The translations under genes and the position numbers were made by a program. The notes below the pieces were generated by a model. That model was given only the letters and a program-made list of their open reading frames with translations. It had not been told where the DNA came from and did no database searches. Of a DNA stretch of 64,000 nucleotides, positions 27,720 to 38,399 are shown piece by piece; the stretch's first letter is position 1, and each line of letters opens with the position of its first letter. This DNA is from a virus. Where the stretch lies: the IMG/VR virus record IMGVR_UViG_3300026292_000602, positions 17,968-81,967 of that record; one strand, given 5' to 3'.

Positions 27720-28121
27720 TTACGTACCGCTATTAGGATTAACTGGGGTAATACCTATCCCATTCTGTAAGACACAGGCTCCATTAGTTTCTGGAAATAA
27801 AGCAACTAAAGTCCAAGTTAATGTTCTAGTATTCATAAACATAACTCCTGGCTGTTTTAGTATTGATCCACCTGGTATTTGAATTGATACTTCCATCTGT
27901 AAGAAGGGCACTTCTTCGTACCTTTTAATCATATCTAATGTTGCTTCTGCACTACTACAATCAATTAGCATAGGCAATTTTTGAAATGGCCCTGCTTCAG
28001 GTTGTGGTCCTAGTTCAGGTGTTGGTGTTGGATTAACATTATCTTCTTCGTCTGTATGACTGGCTAATGCACTAAATGATATGGTGGACACTAGAAATAG
28101 TATTGTTAAGAATTTAAACAT
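27720..28121 (-). CDS. Secreted hypothetical protein
   Basis: Signal peptide, two Cys, GGAGG RBS. Confidence 0.65.
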   Translation of the reverse strand: MFKFLTILFLVSTISFSALASHTDEEDNVNPTPTPELGPQPEAGPFQKLPMLIDCSSAEATLDMIKRYEEVPFLQMEVSIQIPGGSILKQPGVMFMNTRTLTWTLVALFPETNGACVLQNGIGITPVNPNSGT

Positions 28122-28147
28122 GGTAATATACCTCCTACGTATATTTC

Positions 28148-28729
28148 CTAAATGTATTTAGAAAATGTTTGTCTACTGCACAGTTCAAGAGCTTTTAAGT
28201 ATTGCTCTTCTTCATTAAAGTCAAACACACTATGGTTACTAGGCTGTGCAAACAACCAAGCACCTTGTCGTATTTCATTAGCTAATTGGTCTTCAGTCCA
28301 TACACTCATACCAGCAAACATTCTCCAACCCTTAGGAGTGTTACCAGTTGATAGTTTTTCTATCATAAGCATATCACTTGTCATAGCTAATTCATTGCCG
28401 CTCTTTAATGTGTTAGTACTTTGCCATTCATTCGTATGTAACAACAGAACTGATGTATCATTAACAGGTCCGCCTTTGTGAACAAATGTTTCTTCCAATG
28501 CAGGATCAAAAGGTATATCTTTAAGAAGTCCTAGACTTGAACATCTAAACTGACTTGGCTTATTTAAAATGACTCCCATGACTTCGCCGCCGTCTACTCT
28601 ATGCTCGTAGATATAAACTACAGAACGAGCAAACACGGGACTACTGTTTAGTACAGGGCCAGCAATTAATAACTGCCCACTATATTTCGTATTCACGTTT
28701 CTAACTCCAGTCTGGTAATGGTCCGCCAT
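28148..28729 (-). CDS. YqgE/AlgH (DUF179) family protein
   Basis: GQLLIA...FARSVVYI.EH...GVILNKP...GGPV...FAGMSVW..QL..EI..GAW. Confidence 0.85.
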   Translation of the reverse strand: MADHYQTGVRNVNTKYSGQLLIAGPVLNSSPVFARSVVYIYEHRVDGGEVMGVILNKPSQFRCSSLGLLKDIPFDPALEETFVHKGGPVNDTSVLLLHTNEWQSTNTLKSGNELAMTSDMLMIEKLSTGNTPKGWRMFAGMSVWTEDQLANEIRQGAWLFAQPSNHSVFDFNEEEQYLKALELCSRQTFSKYI

Positions 28730-28940
28730 ACTTTTTGCCTTTTATTTTCTTTCCGCCTACCGTTACACGTTTCTTGCCAACCTTATGGCTTTTACTTCCT
28801 GATCGTGTTCGTAGACCTTGCGACTTACAAGAAGCTAAATTCGATGCACCTAATGAACTATCAGGTCTAGAAGACCTACATAGTTTCTTCGATGCTTGAG
28901 CTTCGAGCTCTGCCTTAGTGTCTAAATCAACTATTTTCAT
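28701..28940 (-). CDS. Small basic probable virion protein
   Basis: MKIVDL...ELE leader followed by a K/S/G-rich body; late promoter upstream. Confidence 0.6.
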   Translation of the reverse strand: MKIVDLDTKAELEAQASKKLCRSSRPDSSLGASNLASCKSQGLRTRSGSKSHKVGKKRVTVGGKKIKGKKYGGPLPDWS

Positions 28941-28951
28941 TGCAAATATAT

Positions 28952-29167
28952 TTATCTATATTTGTCTGCTGGGTTGTCGTATCTGTCTCCATCGTCACAT
29001 AGTTTAAATGTTAGCACTTTACGAGGACCTTTCGTTGTATTAATAGAAATGTCTCCTGATTTCTCGAAGTATTCGATCTTTGTAATCTTTGCTTTGTCAT
29101 TGTATTTCCCCACTTGTATTTCTTGCCCAACCTCTAGGTTGATTGCTAGGTTTCTTAACTGTGTCAT
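28952..29167 (-). CDS. Small hypothetical protein
   Basis: 71-aa ORF with AGGAG RBS. Confidence 0.65.
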   Translation of the reverse strand: MTQLRNLAINLEVGQEIQVGKYNDKAKITKIEYFEKSGDISINTTKGPRKVLTFKLCDDGDRYDNPADKYR

Positions 29168-29305
29168 TGGAGTTCTCCTTCCGGTACTACTAGAACGTAG
29201 TACTGTCTTTCTTGTATTAGTATTTAACCAAGGCCCCGCTGTACGGTTTTCAAATAACCTATTTTAGTTGTTTAACCTAGAACTTGTAGCTAAATATTTC
29301 AGCAT

Positions 29306-29893
29306 ATGATAGTTTATACACAAATAAACGAACCAAATAACCTAAAAGAGGGTGAAATTTGGCTACCTTGCTTGGAAACTAGCCCAACTAAACACCGACA
29401 GAGTTGGAAACAACCACTATTAATTACTCATATTGATGCAATTAAGCACTATGACTACGATATAGTACCGTTGTTAGATCAAGTAGTACATTGTATAGGT
29501 CCTAAAACTTACGATAGATTAAAGGATATGGGCTTTACACAAGTACACTTACACGGTCTAGTTGCAGAGGACATCAAGATAAACCAAATGCCTATAACAC
29601 CTTGCACGTGGTTACACGGCGATCGTTACAGTAAAGACTTTAGTACCTATAATGGGGTCACTGCTATAAAAACCTTCACTACTTCATTATGTGAGGGGTC
29701 ACTGTCCAAAATAAAAGAGATGGTCACTACTGGAAAACCACCATCTAAAATTTTTGTCTACTCAGATTTAGTTTGCCAGGCCCTCCAAGAATTTGGTGAC
29801 TGGCCCCAGACTGAATTGGGCTTGACAGAGAGTTGTGAAGCAGATTCGTCTAAGTGGTTGAAATTAAACACTTTTTACCCCGGCGAAGAATAA
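29306..29893 (+). CDS. Divergent uroporphyrinogen-III synthase-like protein
   Basis: VHCIGPKTYDRLKDMGF matches the HemD hhaIGxxTaxxLxxxGf motif. WLPCLE, LLITH, WLHG and VYS fall where HemD P, FTS, xRG and FxS elements are expected. Confidence 0.5.
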   Translation: MIVYTQINEPNNLKEGEIWLPCLETSPTKHRQSWKQPLLITHIDAIKHYDYDIVPLLDQVVHCIGPKTYDRLKDMGFTQVHLHGLVAEDIKINQMPITPCTWLHGDRYSKDFSTYNGVTAIKTFTTSLCEGSLSKIKEMVTTGKPPSKIFVYSDLVCQALQEFGDWPQTELGLTESCEADSSKWLKLNTFYPGEE

Positions 29894-30060
29894 TTTTACC
29901 AAAAGGCCCCGCTGTAAGGGTCACCGCCTGAGACCAAAAACCTTCCATTTTATGGGCGGTACAGCAGGTCAAGGTGTCATCCACAGCCTCTCGATTTATT
30001 TTTAACTAACCTTGCCAAAATAGGTTGACTTTTTTAGACGGTGAGCTTATTATAAAGTAT

Positions 30061-30282
30061 ATGATGAGAACACTTATGATTCTGACATTTGCGGTAGTCG
30101 TTGGTATTGCAATGATTTCAAATGTAAATGCAGAAGAGGAAAACTGGTCTAACAAGATCAATAATTGGGTCGTCACTGAAAAACAGGAGATTATAGAGTA
30201 CCAAAAAAATAGCTGGGCAGAAGGTAAAGCTCAATTGGCTAGAAACTGGACTCAAATAAAATCCTTATTTCAAGGCAAATAG
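30061..30282 (+). CDS. Small secreted hypothetical protein
   Basis: Signal peptide MMRTLMILTF...VNA. Confidence 0.6.
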   Translation: MMRTLMILTFAVVVGIAMISNVNAEEENWSNKINNWVVTEKQEIIEYQKNSWAEGKAQLARNWTQIKSLFQGK

Positions 30283-30329
30283 GCTCAATTAAATTAAACT
30301 ACTATAAAAGAGGCATTAGGAGGCCCGTA

Positions 30330-30587
30330 ATGAAAAAATATATTGCAATAATATTGTTAGGAATCTTCACTACGGGTTGCTCCGTTTCCACTATGTCCAC
30401 TAACCCCAAATATGAATGGCTCACTGGCTCAACAGCCGCCTATGGTGACAAAGAAGGCGATGTCTGTTATACTTGTGGAGAGAATTTTATCTTTATTCCA
30501 AATGAAGATTTAGGCTCTCTGAAGTCAGCGAAGCGAAACGGCTTCCAATGGGGTTGCAATTCAAAAGATTGTGTCCCAGGTTATTAA
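30330..30587 (+). CDS. Small lipoprotein
   Basis: Lipobox-like TTGC after a hydrophobic stretch; CxxC. Confidence 0.6.
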   Translation: MKKYIAIILLGIFTTGCSVSTMSTNPKYEWLTGSTAAYGDKEGDVCYTCGENFIFIPNEDLGSLKSAKRNGFQWGCNSKDCVPGY

Positions 30588-30592
30588 GTTAA

Positions 30593-30666
30593 GGGGGAGT
30601 GGTATAATGGTATTACACGGGTCTCCAAAACCCTAGATCAAGGTTCGATTCCTTGCTCCTCTGCCA
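30593..30666 (+). tRNA. tRNA-Trp(CCA)
   Basis: GGGGGAG...CT-CCA-AA...GGTTCGATTCC...CTCCTCT-G-CCA. Confidence 0.9.
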
Positions 30667-30793
30667 AATCTTTTTTTAATCTTTTTTCAATTATCCAATA
30701 AAATCAATGGTTTACAAGGCCAAAAAAAGGTTGACCTTTTGGATCTTTGACCTTATACTATATATAACAATTAGGAAAAAGAGGGCTTAAAAT

Positions 30794-33700
30794 ATGTTAG
30801 AATTACTTCAAGAAATTAAATCCAGAAACATTAAAACAAAGGCTTGGATCGCGGAAGATCCTAAAAACCGTTGGGCTGGTTTATACCCTGAAGATAAGGC
30901 GTATTGGGTGGAAAGAAAAATCACTACTCTTGATGAGTTAGAGAGAGATGAGTTGGCCACTTATATATATGATGCCCACAAGACTGCCTTTGGCTGTAAA
31001 GGTCGTCATTATGATTTTAATGCTATGAGCCTTCAAGAGTTGAAGGACGAAGCCGACTATATTTCTAAGGCTTGTGATGAGCAAATGGAACTTGAAGCCA
31101 AGATGGAAAAAGAGGCGGTCGAACGATTTGAAACTTCTATCAAAGAATATCTTCCAATGGCAGGTAGCAGGGAAGATGCTATTCGTTGGATACTTCAAGC
31201 AGAAGATTTAGATAAGGAATGGGATGCCGGTTATATTTGTTATAACTTAGGTCTTCCATATAGCATGGAGAAAGAATTTCAACCATTAATAACCAAGGAG
31301 GTAGCATAATGGCATTTGAAAGAGAAGCGATGGATTTCGTGAAATTTGATGTGGCTATGGAACATGGCCAAAGAATTAAACCCTGGTTCGAATATGGAAC
31401 TATGTGGTGCGATCACATTAATGAAGAAGAGGCAGATACAATAGTTTCTTCATTAGAAACTTTCACTGGCTACAAGGTGAAAAAGTCTTTACTGAGACCT
31501 AGCAAGACAGAACCATGGAATCAGTGGGCATTTGATATTACCAATTTCAATTTACTCGCATAGATATTGGTAAAATAATGGTTGACTTTTATAGCGACTG
31601 GCTTTATTATTAAACAATAGGCAAACAAAAAAGAGAGGCAAAAATATATGATACAAGGGCAAACAATAACACCAGACATGGTACCAAGCATAACTAACGA
31701 AGCAGAAATGGCGGCGAAAACAGCCATTCTAAATTATCTTAATGATTGGAATGAAAAGACGGGCGGAAACGAATACGGCGAACCAATGTATTGTGGTTTT
31801 GCCTGGGTTGAACTTCCACAGATGAAATTGTCAACGAAATTAGGCAAGGCATTTGAGGCAGTAGGTTTTAAGAAGTCTTATTCAAGAGGCGTCACTAAAT
31901 GGAACCCGGGTAATCACAACGGTCAATCAATGGATTGTAAAGAAGTTGGTGCTCAGGCTTATGCTGAGGTTTTAGAAAAATACGGCGTGAAGGCGTATAT
32001 GGGATCGAGGGCAGACTAATGTCAGTAGATACCGAAGTATATTATAATGTCGAAGACCTAGGTAAGAATCTTTACAGAAAGAAAACTTATTATACGGTCT
32101 GCGTCGAACAAGATGTTCTTGCTAAAGACAAGGACGAAGCTGATCAAAAATTCCTAGATGGCGGTGGAATTAATCATAGCGAAATATCTAGAAACATCAC
32201 AGAAGAAAAAGACGGTGTTGAAACTTATATGGTTGATACCAACTATCAGGAATCAGGCGATACTGAATTCATAGGCAAGGTTGCATATGAAGATGATGAA
32301 TATGCTAAAGAAGATGGCATGGTTGAAATAGATACCTATGCTGAGGAGCATGAAGCATCGCCAATGAAAGACTTTAAAGAAAAAGTTTTAGAGGGAGAAA
32401 CAATATGATTAGATCGAAAACGACACCAAAAGAATTAGTCATCGACTTAACAGGTCCTCAAGGTAATGCTTTCTTCTTGTTAGCCAATGCATCAAAGTTG
32501 GCCAAACAATTAGGGCTGAATCCATTCCAAGTTTTAGAGGAAATGAAGGAAGGTGACTACGAACATTTAATACAAGTCTTTGACAAATATTTCGGAGACT
32601 ATGTGGTATTAGAAAGGTAATTGTATGTGGGAAGATGAATTATTTGATGAAATTCGAAAAGGCGATACCGTTTGGTATAAAGACTCGTCAGGATCGAATC
32701 TAAAAGGCAAGGCAATTTTGTTTGGCCCTATGGGTTGGGTTCTAAAAACTGAATTTGGCACTTCACAGGTAGTAATGGAAGGTGACAATTATTTAGGCCA
32801 TACACCTGGCAAAGGCGAACGAGTTGACGACCACTTGGGAAAGTTCTTAAATGCCTGATTGGATTATGCTTATATTATATTCCATCTTAATAGTTGGGGT
32901 ACCATATGGGTTTATAAGTTTATTATTATTAAGTTGGAACAAGGAGGACCCGAGTGATAGAAAGTGATATAAATTTACTTTTTAAGGTTTTTATATATTC
33001 AAGTCTTTTAGTAGGTTGTGGATATTTACTAGGAAAAGATAAAGGCGTGAAAGTAGGAGCCGGAAGAGCGGTTGATAGTCTATGTGAGAATGGATATTTG
33101 AAGCATAAGAAACAGCCAGACGGAAATGTCGAATTAATCAAACTGAACGGAGAAATAGAATGAAATGGTTATTGATTTCGATGGCACTAAATCTACAAGT
33201 GACTTATCCAGACCAAAAGGTTTGCATGACAGCCCTTGAGCAAGTTAAGACTCAAGATATGGCGGCGATATGTATCCCGGCAGGAGAGGATAAGATTGAA
33301 ACTCAAATGAACTCTGTTTTCACTAATTTTTTAGGATTGGTTAAAGAATTACAGAAAATGGAATTGGAAAACTCCAAAGAAAATGGCACAAATTAGGGGT
33401 TGACCTTTTGAGCAAGAGGCCTTATACTTAAAGAATAATAAGGCATATTAACATTATGAAAAAGAGAGGCACAAATAATATGAACAATCTAGTCACAAAG
33501 GCAAGCGAACTAATATATCAAATGGACAACGATCAGTTGAACCAGGTTATCGATGCAATTAAATTGAAAAGAACTCACATAGCCAAACAGGCTGTAAGGT
33601 CTTTTAGAATTGGTGATATTGTAGGATTCACTGGTAAGAGAGGGAACCAGGTTTCAGGTAAGGTTAAAAAGATTAATCAAAAATATGTTTTGATTGATTG

Positions 33701-34139
33701 TGGTACACAGGGTCAATGGAGAGTTCCAGGAAACCACCTTACTAAATTAGGCATCGGAGAAGAGGCCTAATATGGATAAATTGGAATTACTAAATCAAAT
33801 TAGATTGAACGGTATCGACGGTGTCGATGGTATTATTGATATGATTATAGACACTATTGATGATGGTGATAAGGAAGGAGCCAAAGATTGGCTTCTTCAA
33901 TTAAAAGACGAAATTTACGAGGCAAGTTTATAATGGGACCTTTCTCAGAAGAGAAACAATTTCAAAGAGCCAAGGCTATCGAAAGGCTCATAAAAAATAA
34001 TCCAGATCTTGATGAGATGACTCTCAATATGTGGAAGACCAAACTTAAGAATCTCGCTCTAGACGAAGAACGATATAATGCTAGGGTGAGATCTATTTTT
34101 GAAAATATGAAAAAACACCCACTGGTCAAATGGAACTAA
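30794..34139 (+). CDS. Cluster of early hypothetical genes (30794-31309, 31309-31563, 31648-32019, 32019-32408, 32405-32620, 32625-32858, 32954-33163, 33160-33396, 33480-33770, 33772-33933, 33933-34139)
   Basis: Tightly coupled small acidic ORFs with RBSs downstream of sigma70 promoters; no recognisable family. Confidence 0.7.
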
Positions 34140-34549
34140 AAGAAAATCAATTCATTAAGGTTAAGGTAGAAAATGTAATGTATCCTTATAGGGATCGTTA
34201 TGCTTTTCATATTCCAGAATTTAATTATTACGAAGGTAAGGTAATATATCAACAATGGTTCAAACCCGGAGAGGTTGGAATCACAACCGGAGATCCTAAT
34301 TTTGAATTTAGGGTTATCCAAAAAGAAAGGATTGTGGAGGTGAACGATGAAAAATCCGAATTCCCCAAACAATCGCTTTCGGCACGAAAAGATAGTGAAG
34401 GACAAAGAATCTCTGTTAAGGGTAAGACAGGAAATCTATACGAAGTCCAAATCGGAGGGAGATGGGGATCATCTTGCTCTTGTAAAGGCTATCAATTTCG
34501 TAGGACTTGCAGACACATCGCCGAAGCGGAATCACAGATCGCGGCGTAA
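34130..34549 (+). CDS. SWIM zinc-finger protein
   Basis: YEVQ...SCSCKGYQFRRTCRHI (CxC...CxH). Confidence 0.8.
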   Translation: MELKENQFIKVKVENVMYPYRDRYAFHIPEFNYYEGKVIYQQWFKPGEVGITTGDPNFEFRVIQKERIVEVNDEKSEFPKQSLSARKDSEGQRISVKGKTGNLYEVQIGGRWGSSCSCKGYQFRRTCRHIAEAESQIAA

Positions 34550-34952
34550 AAAAAACCGAAATTAATGGTTGACTTTATCGGTCAGTGACCTTATAATAAA
34601 AGAATAATAAGGAAGAGGCAAAATTATGGCAAACGAATTAGTTGAACAAATTGCAAGAATGAACTTGGAGCAAAGAGACGATTTTGTAAAGACTCTCGTA
34701 AGAAAATGGCCACATATGGCAGAGAGTTTAGGTAATGGTATCGGTCTAGAACTGATGATCAAATTTAACCAACAAGAGAAGGAGGCATCAAGTGATTAGA
34801 GCAATCATTTTTATGGGCTTAGGCGCTTTGGCTTTTTATCTTTATCAGAACCCGGGTGAAATGGACACGGTAGTTCAACAAGGTAAAGATTTATTGAACC
34901 AAGGGGCAACGATAGTTCAAGAAAAAACTAATTAAGAACCAGGTAAGGGCAA

Positions 34953-35387
34953 ATGGATATAATATTCGACATCGATGGGACTTTGATGAATATCGAACAT
35001 CGTAAGAAGTTCGTAGAGCAGAGACCAAAAGACTGGAAGAGCTTTCGTGAGCTTACGAAAGACGATACTCCAAACGAAGATGTCTTTGCGATAGCCATTG
35101 CCTTGCAGAAACAGGGTCATAATATCTTAATCGCTAGTGGGAGGAACAAGAGTCAACGAGCAATCACTTTGATGCAATTGATGGGCCAGAAGTTGGTCTT
35201 CAGAGATATTAAATTAAGAAGTGATAAAGACTTTCGTCCAGATCATTTTGTGAAGAAAGATATGTTAGATCAGTTTCGAGCAGAAGGATGGAAACCTGAG
35301 TTGGTCTTTGATGACAGAACTTCTGTCGTTGAGATGTGGAGAGAAAACGGTCTTCGTGCAGTTCAAGTCGCACCAGGAGACTTTTAA
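34953..35387 (+). CDS. HAD phosphatase resembling the T4 PNK 3'-phosphatase domain
   Basis: FDIDGTL, ASGR, DFRPD...K and FDDR..VV.MWR..GL...QV..GDF. Confidence 0.85.
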   Translation: MDIIFDIDGTLMNIEHRKKFVEQRPKDWKSFRELTKDDTPNEDVFAIAIALQKQGHNILIASGRNKSQRAITLMQLMGQKLVFRDIKLRSDKDFRPDHFVKKDMLDQFRAEGWKPELVFDDRTSVVEMWRENGLRAVQVAPGDF

Positions 35388-35508
35388 TCGGTAGTGGAGT
35401 AGAAACCCTGTTAGACCTAACACCTATGTCAGAAATTAAGTTAGGCGAGTCACAGGGGGGCGACTTTCTAGGAGAGGCCCCCCACCTTTTAACTGAGAGA
35501 GGCAACCA

Positions 35509-37454
35509 ATGGCATATTATATCCTACCGTCAATAGACACCAAAAGATACACGAAGATTCCAAATCTAGAAGGACCCTTTATGTGGCGATCCGGAAAGGT
35601 GGTCTACTACGACCCAATGGAAGGTAAGTATTACGATAGAGATACAGATATGTATCTAGACGATTCAGAACGAGAAGCCCACGATGGGTTTGATAGTTTC
35701 TTTAAAGGAGAGACCAATGCTTAAACCAGAAGATATTAAACCAGGCAAATCTTATGCTTGTAAATTTAAGGCTGAGATGATGTTAGACATCTATGGTCGC
35801 CCACCAGGATTAAGTGATACACCTTTGGCTGGCCCAGGGTGGTATGAGAGTTTTGGCTTGATTACAATCCGAGATATGAATACCAAGTTATTCAAAATCA
35901 CTGATCTAGAAGGTGAAGCGAAGGGTAAGACATATACCGTTCCTTTCGATCAATGCTGGGATATAGACGAAGCGAATTTGGTAAAATAAGAAGTTGACAT
36001 TTGAGCTTTCTGGCTTTATAAATTAAGAATATAAAAAATTAACAGAAAGGCAAGAATGTCAATCCAACCACCAGTAGGCCCATTAGAGCTAGAAGAAAGA
36101 CAAAGAAAACTTGATGCGATGTTGAAGGACTTCATCAAGAAGGGCGGTAAAATAGAAATAATCCCACCAGGAATGACCGGCGAAATGTACCGGGAAAATC
36201 AAAAAGGCACAAAAAAGAAAAAAGGAAGGAAAACTAGGAAATGAGAATTGTCCTAAATAGACCTAAACTCTTCATCTTTGAGATCGAAGGTAATGAAGAA
36301 ATAGAAGTCAATGCGATGGATTTCAAAGATGCTTGTCTTACATTAGAAGAACAGGCTCCAGATCTTAAAATTAATGACATAATTTCAATCCAGGAGATTC
36401 ATTCTCCTATTCCAGGTGTTGATACTATTCATTAATTTTGGTAAAATAGTGGTTGACTATATGAGTCAAAGGCTATATTATAATATTAACAATAAGGCAA
36501 ACAGAGAGGCAAAAATATGTCAACAAGGGCAAGAATAGGGTTTCAAAAAGCAGACGGATCAATCATAGGTGCTTATCAGCATTTCGACGGATATCCAGGT
36601 GGACTTGGATACCTTTTAGTAGATCATTGGGAAGATAGCAAAAAGACAGAATCGGCTATTAAGTTAGGCGATGCATCTTTTTGGAGATATCATGAAGGTA
36701 AGAAAATAGACTTTGATGATAGAGGTCATCCTATGTATGAGATTCAGAATCTTTACTATGGTAGAGATAGAGGCGAAAAAGATGTAGGAGCAAAAACCTA
36801 TAAAGACGAGAAAGAATATTTGTCAAAGGGTTTTAATAGTGGAGAAGATTATATCTATCTCTTAAAGGATGTAGGCGAGCAAGATTTTTTAGGTAAGCCG
36901 AAATATACTTGGTTCTATACGAAGTATGACCAAACGGATAGTCTTAAACCTTTAGAAGCTGATGCGATTAAAGATAAGATTGAAATGTTAAAATATCATC
37001 TTAAGGAGAACAAATAATGTCAGACCATTATGAAGTTAAAGAATTAAGACATACCGACGGAAATTTTGATGTGAAGGTTGGATACTTTTATGAAGACATT
37101 CACCCATCGGACTTATTTGATAATTCACCTAACCCAGACAATGATGGCAAGCCATATTATGACACGGACGAGATGGCAAAAAGAATTGATTCGGGCAACG
37201 ATGCTTGGTTTGGCTTTTGGGCGAAATATTTTTATAAAGGTCACGAAGTAGGTTATGCTAACCTAGGTGGTCTTTATTATGAGAATGATCATGCAGAAGG
37301 CGTTATTGAAAAAGAAGCCAAGTCAGGAGATCATTGTTGGTATAAAGATGTGGTCGAAGAAGCAAAAGATCAAGCGATTAAGGAAGTTGGTGATCTGCAT
37401 AGGCAGATGGAGTTAGACTTCGGTAAAGGATTTTCGACTCAGGCTGTTGGTTAG
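35509..37454 (+). CDS. Cluster of early hypothetical genes (35509-35724, 35717-35989, 36056-36244, 36241-36435, 36517-37017, 37017-37454)
   Basis: Coupled ORFs after early promoters; 36517 starts MSTRARIG...YQHFDGYP. Confidence 0.7.
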
Positions 37455-37736
37455 TCTGGGAAGGAAGGTTTTCGTCCGATGCGGACGGTTTCCCCAGAGC
37501 ATAGCTCAAATAAACCATAAAGCGGCGAAGTAGAAGTAGGAGAATGGCATTGAACGAACGGATTCTACCAACAGAAGAAGGGGGAGATATTGCTAGAGCT
37601 GGGGATACCCAGGGCGACTTCAAAAACTCAAGATCCTACAATTATTTTGGTAATATGGCCAGTTGACTATTAGAGTGAAAGGTTATATTATAAAAGAGTA
37701 ATAAGGCAAACAAGGCACAAATAAAAGGAGGGCAAT

Positions 37737-38399
37737 ATGCCAAATTGGTGTAATAATAATATTAAAATTGAAGGACCTAAAGAAAAGATCAAAGCGATCT
37801 GGGATAAGGTTCAAGCAGACGATGACAAGGGATTTTTCAATCATCTTGTTCCGATGCCAAAAGAACTAGATAACACGACTAGTCCAACCCCTGAAAAAGG
37901 ATCAGCGAATTACAAAGGACCACAGCCGAAGATAGATGGCTTTGATAATTGGTACGATTGGAGAGTTGACCAATGGGGAACTAAATGGGATATTTCAACA
38001 GACGATTCAGGATTGCAGTATAGAGAAGATGGTGACTTAGGTTTCATAGAAGGTTGGTATGATACGGCTTGGGCACCGGCTTTGAATTGTTTTGATACAT
38101 TCCAAAGAAAGCATAACGACATCTATATCACTAATTGGTATTATGAAGGTGGTTGTGATTTCGCAGGGTGTTATACCGATGGTAGTGACGATTGTATTAA
38201 CCCAAGCGATCATCCTAAAAGCGAAGAGTGGTTAGATGCTGACAGAGATAGTTTCATAGGTCAGTTAGATGATATGTTTGGAATAGGTGAGTCAATAGCT
38301 CAATATGAAGAAGAACAAGAAACAGAAGCGGAGCGAAAGGTTAGAGAACTGGTAGTTGAGAAGAAAGCTCAAAATATGCCAGAAGGAGAATTAGCCTAA
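37737..38399 (+). CDS. DUF1281/YubB ferredoxin-like domain protein
   Basis: MPNWCNN...LVPMP...WYDWRVDQWGTKWD...DTAWAP...YYEGGCDFAG. Confidence 0.75.
   Translation: MPNWCNNNIKIEGPKEKIKAIWDKVQADDDKGFFNHLVPMPKELDNTTSPTPEKGSANYKGPQPKIDGFDNWYDWRVDQWGTKWDISTDDSGLQYREDGDLGFIEGWYDTAWAPALNCFDTFQRKHNDIYITNWYYEGGCDFAGCYTDGSDDCINPSDHPKSEEWLDADRDSFIGQLDDMFGIGESIAQYEEEQETEAERKVRELVVEKKAQNMPEGELA

Noticed and set aside
37455-37666. Hairpin CGTCCG/CGGACG and a possible 40-aa ORF (MALNERILP...)
   Set aside because: The RBS is too close to the ATG and the structure amounts to one stem; insufficient support for either a gene or an ncRNA.
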